A stretch of 58,120 nt of DNA, taken from contig CADBBQ010000008.1 in assembly GCA_902793005.1 (NCBI GenBank), positions 1 to 58,120 on the forward strand. The letters run 5' to 3'. A model generated the notes under the pieces. That model did not search any database. It worked only from the letters and a program-made list of their open reading frames with translations, and was not told the origin of the DNA. This document shows positions 39,960-51,077 of this stretch, piece after piece (the stretch's first letter is position 1; each line of letters opens with the position of its first letter). The DNA comes from an uncultured Pseudomonadota bacterium (lineage in GTDB: Bacteria; Pseudomonadota; Alphaproteobacteria; Rs-D84). The position numbers and the translations under genes were made by a program.

Positions 39960-40208
39960 ATTGTGGGTGGGGTGGAATAGGGTTGTATATACAAAAAATT
40001 TGAAAATTTTTTAAAAAATTATGCACTAAAAATCCCGGAAATCTGCGTGGTTGCAAAAATATTTTAATTTTTTTTCATTTTTTTAATTTTTTTGCTTGCG
40101 TATATACATTGAAAGTTGCTATATAATGTAATGACAATGTTGGAGGTATATATTTTTCGCGATATTTGTCCCCAGCATCGGTCACACACACAAACGAAGG
40201 AAAAGGAA

Positions 40209-41147
40209 ATGAAATTTAAAAATGTTGCCTGGGCGGGTATGTTGTTTTCTGTATTTGCCTGGGGCGGACACGCGTGGGCGGATGCCACGGTTATTGCGTC
40301 CAAGGCCTATGTCGATGCCAAGGATGCGTTAAAGCAAGATAAATTGAAAACCGGAGCGGGCGGAAATGTTACGGTCAGTGCCGGGAATGGTAATGCCAGC
40401 ACCGCGATTACCGGCGTTACGGCCAGTGGGGACGGTACATTGACATTTACCACACAAACAATCCAATCTTCGTCGGCGACGGATTATATCAGCGACGGGA
40501 CAAACGCGTTGGAGTTGACCAGTGCCACAGACAAGGCACCGTCTGTCAAGGCGGTTATTGGTGCGGCGGCAACCACGGCCCCTGTGTCTGTTGCAAATGG
40601 TACGGCAACAATTACGGCGGGGGATGATAAACATTTTATTACATCCAAGGCGGTTGGTACTGCATTTAATAACTTGGATGCCACAGGTGTTGACGGCAGT
40701 TCGGATGCGGAGACAACGGCCAATCGTGGAAAACCGGTTGTTGCGGTTAGTCAGACAAATGGTTTGATTACGGCAGAACTGGGAACGGTTACGGTAAATG
40801 GTATCGCAAATGGTGCGGTGACAGTGGACAAACTGGCAACTGATGCGGTTGTGACGGACAAGATTAAAGATGAGGCGGTGACAAGTGAAAAAATCGCAAA
40901 TGGAACAATTACAGATGTCGATGTCAAAGACGGCGCATTAAAATATCAAAATGATATGAATAATACAAAATTGCTTGATATTAATACGGGGGCGGCGCCG
41001 GCAAATGATGTTTGTACCGAGGCGGTGCCGTGTATGCTGACATATTACAGAAAGGGTGGCAAGGTTTATACCCGTTGGTCACCACTGGCGGCCGAGGGAT
41101 TGACGCCTGCGGCGGTCGAGACTGATGCGGGTTCGCCGGCATCGTAA
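40209..41147 (+). CDS. Secreted fibre/adhesin-like protein, paralog of 37427-38716
   Basis: DATVIASKAYVDAKD..KQDKL, GKPVVAVSQTNG, GAVTVDKLATDAV, C-x4-PCMLT...W. Confidence 0.85.
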   Translation: MKFKNVAWAGMLFSVFAWGGHAWADATVIASKAYVDAKDALKQDKLKTGAGGNVTVSAGNGNASTAITGVTASGDGTLTFTTQTIQSSSATDYISDGTNALELTSATDKAPSVKAVIGAAATTAPVSVANGTATITAGDDKHFITSKAVGTAFNNLDATGVDGSSDAETTANRGKPVVAVSQTNGLITAELGTVTVNGIANGAVTVDKLATDAVVTDKIKDEAVTSEKIANGTITDVDVKDGALKYQNDMNNTKLLDINTGAAPANDVCTEAVPCMLTYYRKGGKVYTRWSPLAAEGLTPAAVETDAGSPAS

Positions 41148-41266
41148 TATAAAAATTAAAAATTCGTTTGTATGGCCCCGTGCATTTGCACGGGGATTTT
41201 TGTGTTTCGGTGTGGTGCTTGAATATTAAAAATGGTATGATATACTGGTTCAAAAAAGGGTTTATT

Positions 41267-41614
41267 ATGCGGCAATTAAACAATCGAAATTCGCCACGGG
41301 GGAATCGTATCGCGGCCAAAGTGCAAACTTTGGTGGCGGAAATTTTGCGCGACAAATATATGGATGACCCGGTTTTGGCGGGTGTTAATTTGTCGGGGGC
41401 GGATTCGCACGGGGGACTGAGTTTTGTGAAGTTGTATTTTTATGTTGCGGGTGATGTGGCGACGGCACAAAAACGTCTGGACGAGGTAACACGTGCAATT
41501 CGGTTCGAATTGGCGGCGCGGATGAATCAAAAATACACACCGGAAATTAAGTTCGTTTATGATGATACTTTGGTGCGTGCCGAAAGAATCGAAAAATTGT
41601 TGTCTGAAATATAA
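41267..41614 (+). CDS. rbfA: Ribosome-binding factor A
   Basis: RxxRIA..., YTPEIKFVYDDT, IEKLL. Confidence 0.88.
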   Translation: MRQLNNRNSPRGNRIAAKVQTLVAEILRDKYMDDPVLAGVNLSGADSHGGLSFVKLYFYVAGDVATAQKRLDEVTRAIRFELAARMNQKYTPEIKFVYDDTLVRAERIEKLLSEI

Positions 41615-41627
41615 TAGGGGGCAGGGG

Positions 41628-42200
41628 ATGAAAATTGGAGAGTTTATGTTAAGCAAGGCCGATACGCGTATGTATTCGGTTTTTGTGTTTCTGATGACGG
41701 TGGCGGAATCAATTTTCTTGTTCGTCCCGCCCGAGGTTTTTATGACGCCACCAATTGTGGCAAATAAAAAGCGCGCCGTGCCAACGGTAATTGCGGCGTC
41801 TGTTGGGTCTGTGGTTGGTGGTGCGATTTCGTATATGATTGGATTGTGGCTGTTTGATACGGTTGGGGTTTGGTTGATAGAAAACTTTGCGTCCGCTGCA
41901 CAATTTCAATTGGCCCAAGATTTATTTATTAAACACGGTGTGTTTATTATTTTAATGACTGCGGTGACGCCGGTGCCGTATAAATTGATGGCGATTTGTG
42001 CCGGGTTTATGGGATTTTCGGCGTGGGTGTTTTTGGGGTTGTCGGCGGTGTTTCGGACCGGGCGATTTGCAATTGTGGGTTATTTGCTGTGGCGGTTCCA
42101 AGAACAGGCCAATGCGATTGTTAAAAAATATTTCTGGCAATTGACCGCGGCGGCGATTTTGATTGCCGGTGTTGGTATTTTGTGTATGTTCGCAATGTAG
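41628..42200 (+). CDS. DedA/YqaA family membrane protein
   Basis: AESIFLFVPPE, TPVPYK. Confidence 0.88.
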   Translation: MKIGEFMLSKADTRMYSVFVFLMTVAESIFLFVPPEVFMTPPIVANKKRAVPTVIAASVGSVVGGAISYMIGLWLFDTVGVWLIENFASAAQFQLAQDLFIKHGVFIILMTAVTPVPYKLMAICAGFMGFSAWVFLGLSAVFRTGRFAIVGYLLWRFQEQANAIVKKYFWQLTAAAILIAGVGILCMFAM

Positions 42201-42295
42201 GTTAATCTGTACAGTTCAAAGCATAATTGTGTATCATTATTTTATTGAAATATATAATATACTGGGTTATCATTGCCGCAGAAAGGTGTTTTTAT

Positions 42296-44089
42296 ATGTC
42301 CCAAAAATTTATCAGAAATTTTTCTATTGTTGCGCATATCGATCACGGAAAATCGACATTGTCGGATCGGTTAATTGAATTTTGTGGGGGACTGCAATCG
42401 CGCGAGATGAAGGCCCAGGTTTTGGATTCTATGGATATTGAACGGGAACGTGGAATTACGATTAAGGCCCAGACCGTACGGTTGAAATATGTTGCGCGTG
42501 ATGGAAATGAATATCAATTGAATTTGATGGATACGCCGGGACACGTTGATTTTTCTTACGAGGTGTCAAGGTCGTTGGCCGCGTGCGAGGGCGCAATTAT
42601 TTTGGTTGATGCAACCCAAGGTGTCCAGGCGCAAACATTGGCAAATGCTTATTTGGCATTGGATAATAATTTGGAAATGTTGCCGGTGTTGAACAAAATT
42701 GATTTACCGTCGTCTGATGTTGTGGGTGTGCGTCAACAGATTGCGGATGCAATCGGGCTGGATGCGGATGATGCAATTTGTGTGTCGGGCAAAACCGGCG
42801 CGGGGGTGCCCGAATTGTTGGAAGAAATCGTTCATAAATTGCCGGCGCCAAGGGGGGACGAAAATGCGCCAACGCGTGCGTTGTTGGTGGATTCGTGGTA
42901 TGATTCTTATTTGGGTGTTGTTGTGTTGGTGCGCGTGGTGGATGGAACACTGCGGCGCGGTCAAAAAATTCGTTTTGTTGCAACTGGGGCGGAATACACC
43001 GTTGAAAAGGTTGGATATTTCACACCGAAAATGGTTGATGTAAGTGCGCTGGGAACGGGTGAAATTGGATTTATTATTACGGGGATGAAAACAATTCACG
43101 ATTGCAAAGTTGGGGATACAATCGTTGATTCTAAATTTGGTGGTGTGGCGTTGCCGGGATTTAAACCGTCGGTGCCGGTGGTGTTTTCGTCGTTTTTCCC
43201 AATGGCGTCGGATGATTATCCGAACCTGCGCGAGGGGGCGGAAAAATTGGCATTAAACGATGCGTCTTTTACATTTACGGTTGAAAAATCAAGTGCGCTG
43301 GGGTTTGGATTGCGGTGCGGATTTTTGGGACTGTTGCATATGGAAATTATCAGTGAACGTCTGCGTCGTGAATTTAATTTGGATTTGATAAATACTGTGC
43401 CAAGTGTGTTGTATAAATTACATCTGCGTGACGGCAGTGTTATGGATTTGGAAAATCCGGCCGATATGGTGGATGTCACAAGAATAGAATATATCGAAGA
43501 ACCGTGGGTTTTGGCGACGATTATGATGCCTGATAAATATATGGGTGGAATTATGGAATTGTGTGCGTCACGACGCGGTGTCCAAGATAATATTTCATAT
43601 GTTGGAAATCGCGCGGTGTTGACATATAGATTGCCCCTGGCCGAGGTTGTATTTGATTTTTATGACCGGGTGAAATCTATATCGTCGGGGTATGCGTCGT
43701 TTGATTATTCGGTGTGCGGATATGAAAAATCTGATTTGGTCAAGGTTTCTATTTTGGTTAATGATGAAAATGTCGAACCGTTGTCGTTTATGTGCCACAG
43801 GTCGTCTGCGGAATCACGTGGCCGTCAGATTGTTGAAAAATTAAAAGATTTAATTCCGCGGCATCAATTTAAAATACCGTTACAGGCCGCAATCGGTGGA
43901 AAAATTATCGCACGTGAAACAATCGCGGCGTATCGCAAGGATGTGACGGCAAAATGCTATGGCGGGGATATTACCCGTAAACGCAAGTTGTTGGAAAAAC
44001 AGAAAGAGGGTAAAAAGAGACTTCGCACATTTGGTAATGTTGAAATTCCGCAATCTGCATTTATTAATGCATTAAAGGTTGGAAAGTAA
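42296..44089 (+). CDS. lepA: Elongation factor 4 (LepA)
   Basis: [34 protein letters not shown]. Confidence 0.98.
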   Translation: MSQKFIRNFSIVAHIDHGKSTLSDRLIEFCGGLQSREMKAQVLDSMDIERERGITIKAQTVRLKYVARDGNEYQLNLMDTPGHVDFSYEVSRSLAACEGAIILVDATQGVQAQTLANAYLALDNNLEMLPVLNKIDLPSSDVVGVRQQIADAIGLDADDAICVSGKTGAGVPELLEEIVHKLPAPRGDENAPTRALLVDSWYDSYLGVVVLVRVVDGTLRRGQKIRFVATGAEYTVEKVGYFTPKMVDVSALGTGEIGFIITGMKTIHDCKVGDTIVDSKFGGVALPGFKPSVPVVFSSFFPMASDDYPNLREGAEKLALNDASFTFTVEKSSALGFGLRCGFLGLLHMEIISERLRREFNLDLINTVPSVLYKLHLRDGSVMDLENPADMVDVTRIEYIEEPWVLATIMMPDKYMGGIMELCASRRGVQDNISYVGNRAVLTYRLPLAEVVFDFYDRVKSISSGYASFDYSVCGYEKSDLVKVSILVNDENVEPLSFMCHRSSAESRGRQIVEKLKDLIPRHQFKIPLQAAIGGKIIARETIAAYRKDVTAKCYGGDITRKRKLLEKQKEGKKRLRTFGNVEIPQSAFINALKVGK

Positions 44090-44105
44090 AAAAAGGTGAA
44101 AAATT

Positions 44106-45107
44106 ATGGCGCATCAATTTTTCTTTAATCCGTATATTTTGGATAATTTGCCCGCGCCCGAGAGGGGGTTTGATGTTGTCCAAGATATTTCAGAACCCAG
44201 ACTGCGTATGTATATAACATCGCGTGGGGCGAAAACTTTCTTTGTGCGGCATCGTGTTCGTGGACGTGATAGACGGGTGATTATTGGTGCGTATCCAGAT
44301 ATGGATATAGAGGTGGCGCGTGACAAGGTGGCGGCGGTATTAAATGAATCCAGTAAAAAATTACCTGTGCGCCGTAAAAAAATATCTTTTCGTGATTTTT
44401 GGGATATTTATTTAAAAAACAAAGTGCGCAGATGCGAAGATTCCGAGGTAAAATTAGTGCGTGCGGTAAATATGCACTTGGCGGATTTGTTCGATAAAAA
44501 TATTGCCGATATATCCGAGTCTGATGTTCGTGCGGTTATTTCAAAAATTAATGGTGCGGCCGTTGCGGTGCGTATGCAAGATGTGTTGAACAGTATTTTC
44601 AAATATGCCATAGAGCAGGGTTATGCAAAAGCAAATCCGGTTGCAAATTTGCCAAAGATTGAATTGGCACGCCGGGTCAGTCCGTTGACCGATGAATCTT
44701 TTTTGCGGTTGATGGATGTTATTCGGGCGGTGGAATCGGATGTTATGCGTAATGCGTTTTTGATGTTGGTGTATGGTTTTTTGCCGCGAAATAAAGTTTT
44801 ATCTATGCGCTGGGAAGATTTGGATTTTAATCATTATATGTGGCGTGATTGGCCTTTGTCGAATATGGCGGTTGTGTTGTTGGAAAATATGGCGCAATAT
44901 GGCGATTGGGTTTTTGTTGGTCGTTGTAAAAATCATTTGGCCGACCCGCGTGTTGCGTGGCACAATGTTGCAAGGGATGCGGGTATGCCAAATCTGAGAA
45001 TGGATGATGTTTATAAATTTTTAATGCGGCGATTGAAATGGGCCGCTGACCGTGAAGATTTGCGCGAAAATATGAATAAATTATTGGAACATTACTCTAT
45101 ATATTAA
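44106..45107 (+). CDS. Tyrosine-recombinase-like protein with Arm DNA-binding domain and degenerate catalytic site
   Basis: LRMYITSRGAKTF...IGAYP..AR (P4-integrase-type Arm domain), NP motif, MRWEDLDF; the HxxR position reads DDVY. Confidence 0.75.
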   Translation: MAHQFFFNPYILDNLPAPERGFDVVQDISEPRLRMYITSRGAKTFFVRHRVRGRDRRVIIGAYPDMDIEVARDKVAAVLNESSKKLPVRRKKISFRDFWDIYLKNKVRRCEDSEVKLVRAVNMHLADLFDKNIADISESDVRAVISKINGAAVAVRMQDVLNSIFKYAIEQGYAKANPVANLPKIELARRVSPLTDESFLRLMDVIRAVESDVMRNAFLMLVYGFLPRNKVLSMRWEDLDFNHYMWRDWPLSNMAVVLLENMAQYGDWVFVGRCKNHLADPRVAWHNVARDAGMPNLRMDDVYKFLMRRLKWAADREDLRENMNKLLEHYSIY

Positions 45108-45150
45108 TATTTTGTTTTGTCAAGGTTTTGTTATCGTTTGTTATAATTCC

Positions 45151-45179
45151 TTGACAGGTGGGGCGTAAAGTGGTACATT
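45151..45179 (+). promoter_or_regulatory. Sigma70 promoter of acpP
   Basis: TTGACA-N17-TACATT. Confidence 0.65.
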
Positions 45180-45243
45180 TATACTCAATCAACGCCCGTG
45201 TTTTTTGTGGGGCGGACAAGTTAACAAAAATAAAGGATAAAAA

Positions 45244-45477
45244 ATGTCAACTTTGGAACAAGTTAGAAAGATTATTGTTGAAAAATTGGGTGTTAAACCA
45301 GAAGATGTCAAGGAAGATGCAACATTTGTGAACGATTTGGGCGCGGATTCTTTGGATGTCGTTGAATTCGTGATGGAGGTTGAAAAAGAATTCAATATCA
45401 CAATTCCTGATGAAGATGCTGCGAAATTGGAAAAAGTTGGTGATGCGGTCAAATATATCGATGCACACAGAAAATAA
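45244..45477 (+). CDS. acpP: Acyl carrier protein
   Basis: [11 protein letters not shown]. Confidence 0.97.
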   Translation: MSTLEQVRKIIVEKLGVKPEDVKEDATFVNDLGADSLDVVEFVMEVEKEFNITIPDEDAAKLEKVGDAVKYIDAHRK

Positions 45478-45594
45478 AATTTTGTCTCGGAAAATTTTAT
45501 CCGCCGGTGTGGCGGATTTTTTTTCTGTAATTTTTGGTAAAAATATAGTATTATAGGCCCGTCATAAATAAATAAAATAAAAGGATTTATACAT

Positions 45595-46845
45595 ATGAGA
45601 AAAGTTGTTGTGACCGGTATGGGAATTGTCAGCCCTGTGGGAACGGGGGTGGATTTCGCGTGGAAAAATATTTTGGCGGGCGTGTCGGGGGTGCGTAAAA
45701 TCGATAAATTTGATGCGTCGGATTTTGCGTCGCAAATTGCGGGTGTGCCTGTGCGTGGTGAAAAAACTGGGGAATTTAATCCGGATGCGGTTGTTGACCC
45801 GCGTGAACAACGCAAAATGGATTTGGATATTGTTTATGCTATGGTGGCAAGCGACGAAGCAATGAGAGATGCCGGATTGGCGAACGGTGGTTATGATGGC
45901 GACCGGTTTGGTGTCAGTATGGGCAGTGGTATTGGTGGCGTGCAAACCATAACCGATACTTGTTCGGAATTGATACAAAATGGCCCGCGTTTCGTCAGTC
46001 CGTTTTTTGTGCCCAAGGCGATTGTTAATATGGCGGCGGGATATATGTCGATTAAATACGGCCTGCGTGGACCGAATTTGGCGACGGCTACCGCGTGTGC
46101 GACGGGAACGCACTCGATTGCATTGGCGGCGGATTTAATTCGGACAGGGGCGGCGGATTTAATGTTGGCCGGTGGAACCGAGGCCGCGGTAACTCCGTTG
46201 GCGGTGGCAGGATTTTCGGCGATGCGTGCATTGTCAACACGAAATGACGACCCGGCGCGTGCATCACGTCCGTGGGACGCGGCGCGCGATGGTTTTGTTT
46301 TGGGTGAAGGTGCTGGCGTTTTAGTGTTGGAAGAATATGAACACGCCGTTCGCCGTGGTGCAAAAATCTATGCCGAGGTTGCAGGTTTCAGTATGACGGC
46401 CGATGCACATCATATTACTGCGCCGGCACCAAATGGTGAGGGTGGCCTGCGTGCGATGAAAATTGCGATTGATGTCGCGGGGTTAAAGCCGTCGGATGTT
46501 GATTATGTTAATGCGCACGGAACGTCCACCGGATTGGGCGATGTCGGTGAATTAAATGCGGTGCGTGAATTGTTTGGTGATAATGGCACGTGTATGTCGT
46601 CAACAAAATCTATGACGGGACATTTGTTGGGGGCGGCCGGTGCAATTGAGGCGATATTTAGTGTGTTGGCAATCCGCGATAATATTGTACCGCCAACAAT
46701 AAATTTGGAAAATCCGATAGAGGAGGTTGGTGATTTCAATCTGGTGCCGAATGTGGCGCAAAAGCGCAAGGTTGATGTGACACTGAGCAATTCGTTTGGC
46801 TTTGGTGGAACAAATGCATCGGTTGTTTTCAAACGTGTAAAATAA
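45595..46845 (+). CDS. fabF: Beta-ketoacyl-ACP synthase II
   Basis: TACATG, NAHGTST, GHLLGAAG, SFGFGGTN. Confidence 0.96.
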   Translation: MRKVVVTGMGIVSPVGTGVDFAWKNILAGVSGVRKIDKFDASDFASQIAGVPVRGEKTGEFNPDAVVDPREQRKMDLDIVYAMVASDEAMRDAGLANGGYDGDRFGVSMGSGIGGVQTITDTCSELIQNGPRFVSPFFVPKAIVNMAAGYMSIKYGLRGPNLATATACATGTHSIALAADLIRTGAADLMLAGGTEAAVTPLAVAGFSAMRALSTRNDDPARASRPWDAARDGFVLGEGAGVLVLEEYEHAVRRGAKIYAEVAGFSMTADAHHITAPAPNGEGGLRAMKIAIDVAGLKPSDVDYVNAHGTSTGLGDVGELNAVRELFGDNGTCMSSTKSMTGHLLGAAGAIEAIFSVLAIRDNIVPPTINLENPIEEVGDFNLVPNVAQKRKVDVTLSNSFGFGGTNASVVFKRVK

Positions 46846-46887
46846 TATTTGAAATTTAATTTTTGTGTTGTAAGATATGCATCACAA

Positions 46888-46964
<77 letters not shown>

Positions 46965-47003
46965 GATAAAAAAATCCCCCGGCCAAAATGGTCGGGGTGT
47001 TTT

Positions 47004-47846
47004 TTATCTTTGGGCGGATGCGTGCGCCATCAGTGAATATAAAACCTCGTTCAGATGACGGTTGTTGATTTGCTCGCGTTGTGTGTAGTTATAAATTGCA
47101 TAATCTTTATTATCAATTTGCAAACAATTAAATCCGTCGTTGCCGTTTGGATTGCTGGTTGATGTAAATACTTTGTTGTCGGATGCGCGGCCTTGATTAA
47201 ATATCGGTGTGTTGAAATCGTTATACATATACACGCCGTCGCCGTTTGGTAATTCAATAATCCAATCTCCTGATATAGTTTGATGAATATCCAGTCCGCG
47301 TTGAATTAATTTTTGTTTTAATCTTTGTTGTGCGCTCGCAGATTTTTCGGTGTTAAATCCAACCAGGCATATACGAACAGCAAAACAAAATTCTGGGGTT
47401 GTTAATGTGTCATAAATGATTTTGGTAACGCCGTCTTGGTTATTATGAAATTCGTCCACCGAAATATCCAGTGTGACTAATTTGCTGTATTTGTATGCGC
47501 GCGATGCGATATCTGATAAAATATTTTTGCGTAATTTATCGTTGTTGCCCCACGTGCCATTTGTTTTGATTGTTGGAATATATCCGTATGAATATGTTAA
47601 ATCTAATACAGATGGGATGTATTTTGCATTGTCCATCATATATGGTGCCAATGCTTCGCCGCCACCGATGGTTATTAATTGGTCGGGGTGCAAAAACATC
47701 TGGGTTGATTGTGATAAATAATTGTCAATTTTTGCCAAAGGCATAAAATTTGTTGGTTGGTTTTTATCGCTGCGTTCGCAACAGTGGGCGCAATTCAGAT
47801 TGCACCAATTTGTGATTTTTAAACTGATAGTTAAATTCGTATTCAT
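47004..47846 (-). CDS. Radical SAM protein
   Basis: CNLNCAHC, GGGEA, TNG, ISVDEFH. Confidence 0.85.
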   Translation of the reverse strand: MNTNLTISLKITNWCNLNCAHCCERSDKNQPTNFMPLAKIDNYLSQSTQMFLHPDQLITIGGGEALAPYMMDNAKYIPSVLDLTYSYGYIPTIKTNGTWGNNDKLRKNILSDIASRAYKYSKLVTLDISVDEFHNNQDGVTKIIYDTLTTPEFCFAVRICLVGFNTEKSASAQQRLKQKLIQRGLDIHQTISGDWIIELPNGDGVYMYNDFNTPIFNQGRASDNKVFTSTSNPNGNDGFNCLQIDNKDYAIYNYTQREQINNRHLNEVLYSLMAHASAQR

Positions 47847-47949
47847 AGTGATTATATTATAATACAAAAATACAAATTGTCAATTGCGTTAGGTTTTGTG
47901 TGTATTTAGGGTTTTGACTTTTGTTTTATTTTTGTATAATTCGTTAACT

Positions 47950-48957
47950 ATGGCAAAAGTGTTTAAAAAATTTTTCAAGCGCTTGTTAAAAAAACACACT
48001 GGTTTTGTTATTTTTGTGTTGCTGGTTGTGATTGGTGTATTTACTTTGTTTGGGTATGCAACGCGAAAATCTGTGTTGGTGACGGTTTCGCCGGGGGCAA
48101 CGGTTGCAGATGTGGCAAATGCGTTAAAGAAAAACGATTTAATTGATTCGGTTTCGTCTTTTAAATTGGCTGTGCGCGGTATGGGTGGCCGGATTCAGGT
48201 TGGACAATATGATATTCCACGTGGTGCGTCGGCGTGGCGAATCGCAAAAATGTTGGTAAATGGTGATGTTGCAACGGTTAAAATTTTAATACCCGAAGGT
48301 TTGACTTTAAAACAAATCAAGATTTTATTGGCGGATACGGACGGATTGACGGGTGATGTTGATTGTCCTGCGGGGATGATGACGGCTGTTTGTGATATTA
48401 CCGATGGTGATATTTTTCCGGATACATATCGGGTTGCACGCGGAACACCACGGATTGCGGTGTTGGATTTGGCGCGTCGTAAAATGAACCAAGTCAGGGC
48501 TAATTTTGAAAATCGAAAAATGCCGCGACCATTGCAATCGTGGCACGATGTTGTGACATTGGCGTCCATTGTTCAACGCGAAACACCGCGTGCGTCGGAA
48601 ATGCCCATTGTGGCCAGTGTTTATTTAAATCGGTTGCGTCAAAATATGCGGTTGCAAGCCGACCCAACGGTTGTATATGTTTTGACAGACGGACTGGGCG
48701 ATATGCAGGGCGAAGCGTTGTTGACGGGACACCTGAAAATAGACAGCCCGTATAACACATATCGGTATGCCGGATTGCCCCCCGGGCCAATCGCAAATGT
48801 TGGACGTGATGCGATTCGCGCAGTGTTAAAGCCGGCGGATACGAATTACCTGTTTTTTGTGGCGGACGGTAATGGTGGACATAAATTTTCAAATACTTAT
48901 GAAGAACATTTAAAAAATCACGCTGACTGGCGCGAGATTAAAAATTTAAAAAAATAA
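47950..48957 (+). CDS. mltG: Endolytic transglycosylase MltG
   Basis: IPEG, FPDTY, LASIVQRE, LQADPT, SPYNTY, GLPPGPIAN. Confidence 0.95.
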   Translation: MAKVFKKFFKRLLKKHTGFVIFVLLVVIGVFTLFGYATRKSVLVTVSPGATVADVANALKKNDLIDSVSSFKLAVRGMGGRIQVGQYDIPRGASAWRIAKMLVNGDVATVKILIPEGLTLKQIKILLADTDGLTGDVDCPAGMMTAVCDITDGDIFPDTYRVARGTPRIAVLDLARRKMNQVRANFENRKMPRPLQSWHDVVTLASIVQRETPRASEMPIVASVYLNRLRQNMRLQADPTVVYVLTDGLGDMQGEALLTGHLKIDSPYNTYRYAGLPPGPIANVGRDAIRAVLKPADTNYLFFVADGNGGHKFSNTYEEHLKNHADWREIKNLKK

Positions 48958-49204
48958 TATGCTTGATTTTGTCAGGCATATTTTTTTGTTATAAATAAAT
49001 TTATTAAAATTTTTAATGAAATGCGTGTGTGTATTGGGGTTGGTGGTGTGTAAATTTATTTGAAAAAATCTGGGCGAATTATAGCACAAAAACCGGTGAT
49101 ATGCAAATTATCTTTTTTTTGACCTGGGAAAACAAACATAGTAAAATGGTAGTAACAGGGACGAAATTCCTGTTATTCAGATTAACAAAAGGAAAGGAAT
49201 ATTC

Positions 49205-50029
49205 ATGAAAAAATTAGCTTTATCTTCGTTGGTTGCTGTATTCGCTGTATCTGCTGCGAACGCTGGGGTTATTGATGGCAATCCATTATATATGCCAAAG
49301 GCTGGACATTTTTATAGTGTGTCTGATTTATCATCTCATTCCGGTTCAGAAGGCATCAAGGCCTGGACGTTAAATGAAGAATTTGGTTATGGTATTTCGG
49401 ATAGATTTACGGTTGCGGTATCCACAGATGTCGAAAACCAAACATTCTTTAATGAATGGGGTTGGGGCGAAACATCTTTGGCGGCGACATATCGTGCATT
49501 GGATCGTGGCGCGTGGAAAGCAGATTTGATTGGTAAATATGAAATTGACCCAGTTTGGGGAAATCATTCGCCAATTTTGGACAAAGATGTCACAGAATAC
49601 ACTTGGACCGCAGGTGTTCGTGGTGGTTATACAACATCCAAGTTTACAGTTGCGGCAAAAGCATTGTTTGATTATACCAATACAGAATCCTTTAACTGGG
49701 ATGAAGATGCTGGCAAACAGGGTGAACATTATTTGACATTGGGTGTTGATGGTCAAGTTGCATTGTGTGATCGTTTGAATTTGGTTGCAGGTGTTGATTA
49801 TGTTGCCAGATTAGATAGCAAAGATCATGGTAGTAAACTGCCGGCTGATAAAATTAAAAACGCCGGAAAATGGAATGGGACATTGGGCTTGAATTACAAT
49901 ATCGACCCAACAAAATATGTTGGTGCATATATGACGGCATCTATGGACCATCGTGGGGGAAAGAATGCTGATGAATGGAATGTCAAAAATGGATTTGGAT
50001 TTGGTGCTAAATTCGGAATTGACTTCTAA
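49205..50029 (+). CDS. Probable outer-membrane beta-barrel protein
   Basis: Signal peptide, alternating beta-strands, C-terminal GIDF, strong SD, own terminator. Confidence 0.75.
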   Translation: MKKLALSSLVAVFAVSAANAGVIDGNPLYMPKAGHFYSVSDLSSHSGSEGIKAWTLNEEFGYGISDRFTVAVSTDVENQTFFNEWGWGETSLAATYRALDRGAWKADLIGKYEIDPVWGNHSPILDKDVTEYTWTAGVRGGYTTSKFTVAAKALFDYTNTESFNWDEDAGKQGEHYLTLGVDGQVALCDRLNLVAGVDYVARLDSKDHGSKLPADKIKNAGKWNGTLGLNYNIDPTKYVGAYMTASMDHRGGKNADEWNVKNGFGFGAKFGIDF

Positions 50030-50147
50030 TAAAACAGTATGTTTAATAAACGACCGCCCATTCTTGGGCGGTTTTTTTATGGAATTTTCTTTTATGTATA
50101 ACGTTTTTATGATATAATTACTGGGAGTATAGCAAGAGATGTAGGTA

Positions 50148-51077
50148 ATGAAAAAATTATTATATATTGTTGCGATGTTGTCGCCGATTGTGGCAAGTGC
50201 CGAAACATTGGAATTGGACGATGCGTTGCGCGCGACGTATTCTGCGTGTGTTGGAATTGATGAAAATTTATCTGATTTAAAAAAGATGGCGGGGATAAAT
50301 ACCGCGGTGACGGCTGTTGGAACGGGCCTGGGGGCGGGCGCGTTGACGGTTGGTATTATCAAGGCGAATAAAGATTCCCAGGCACGTGTGAAATATGATA
50401 ATTATATGCAAAAAAAACCGGCTCAGGTGCAAGATAAGGTTGGGACAGATGCGTTTTTTACTGCGTGGGAGCAAGACCCAAATTATGGCACTGGTGCGGT
50501 GGAATACAAAGAATTGCGTCAACAATCCAAAACATTGGGTAATTGGCGAACTGGATTGATGGCGGGAAATACCGCGACAAATATCGCGGGTGCGATTATC
50601 GCCGGCAATAACAAAGTGGATGCGGATTTAGATACACAGATTAAAAATTGTCGCGCGGCCGTACAGAATTTAAAAACATCAATTGCGCGTGCCCGTATTG
50701 AGGGGGCGGATATTACCGAGGCAACGGATATTTTCAATGCGTGTTCTGGGTATGAAACGGTTGATGTGTCAAAGATAAATACCCGTGGTCGTGGTGCGAT
50801 GATATCATCGATTATTGGCGCGACGACGGGTGTTGCGGGAACGGCAACATCGGCGGTGGCAAATACGAAAAATGTGCGTAAAGATGAATCGGCCAAGCAA
50901 GGCACAAAAAAAGATTCAGATTGGGATAAAGAAAAAAATATAAACACTGCGGCGAATGTGTTGGCGGGTGCGTCCACGGCGGCCAGTGGTGTTGCAACGG
51001 TATTTAATGCGACGCAAATATCTGCGATTAAAAAGGTTGCGGATGTGGCATCAAAATGCACGGGGGTATTGAAATGA
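50148..51077 (+). CDS. Secreted protein with Gly/Ala-rich hydrophobic helices
   Basis: Signal peptide; four G/A/T-rich segments with internal duplication. Confidence 0.7.
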   Translation: MKKLLYIVAMLSPIVASAETLELDDALRATYSACVGIDENLSDLKKMAGINTAVTAVGTGLGAGALTVGIIKANKDSQARVKYDNYMQKKPAQVQDKVGTDAFFTAWEQDPNYGTGAVEYKELRQQSKTLGNWRTGLMAGNTATNIAGAIIAGNNKVDADLDTQIKNCRAAVQNLKTSIARARIEGADITEATDIFNACSGYETVDVSKINTRGRGAMISSIIGATTGVAGTATSAVANTKNVRKDESAKQGTKKDSDWDKEKNINTAANVLAGASTAASGVATVFNATQISAIKKVADVASKCTGVLK

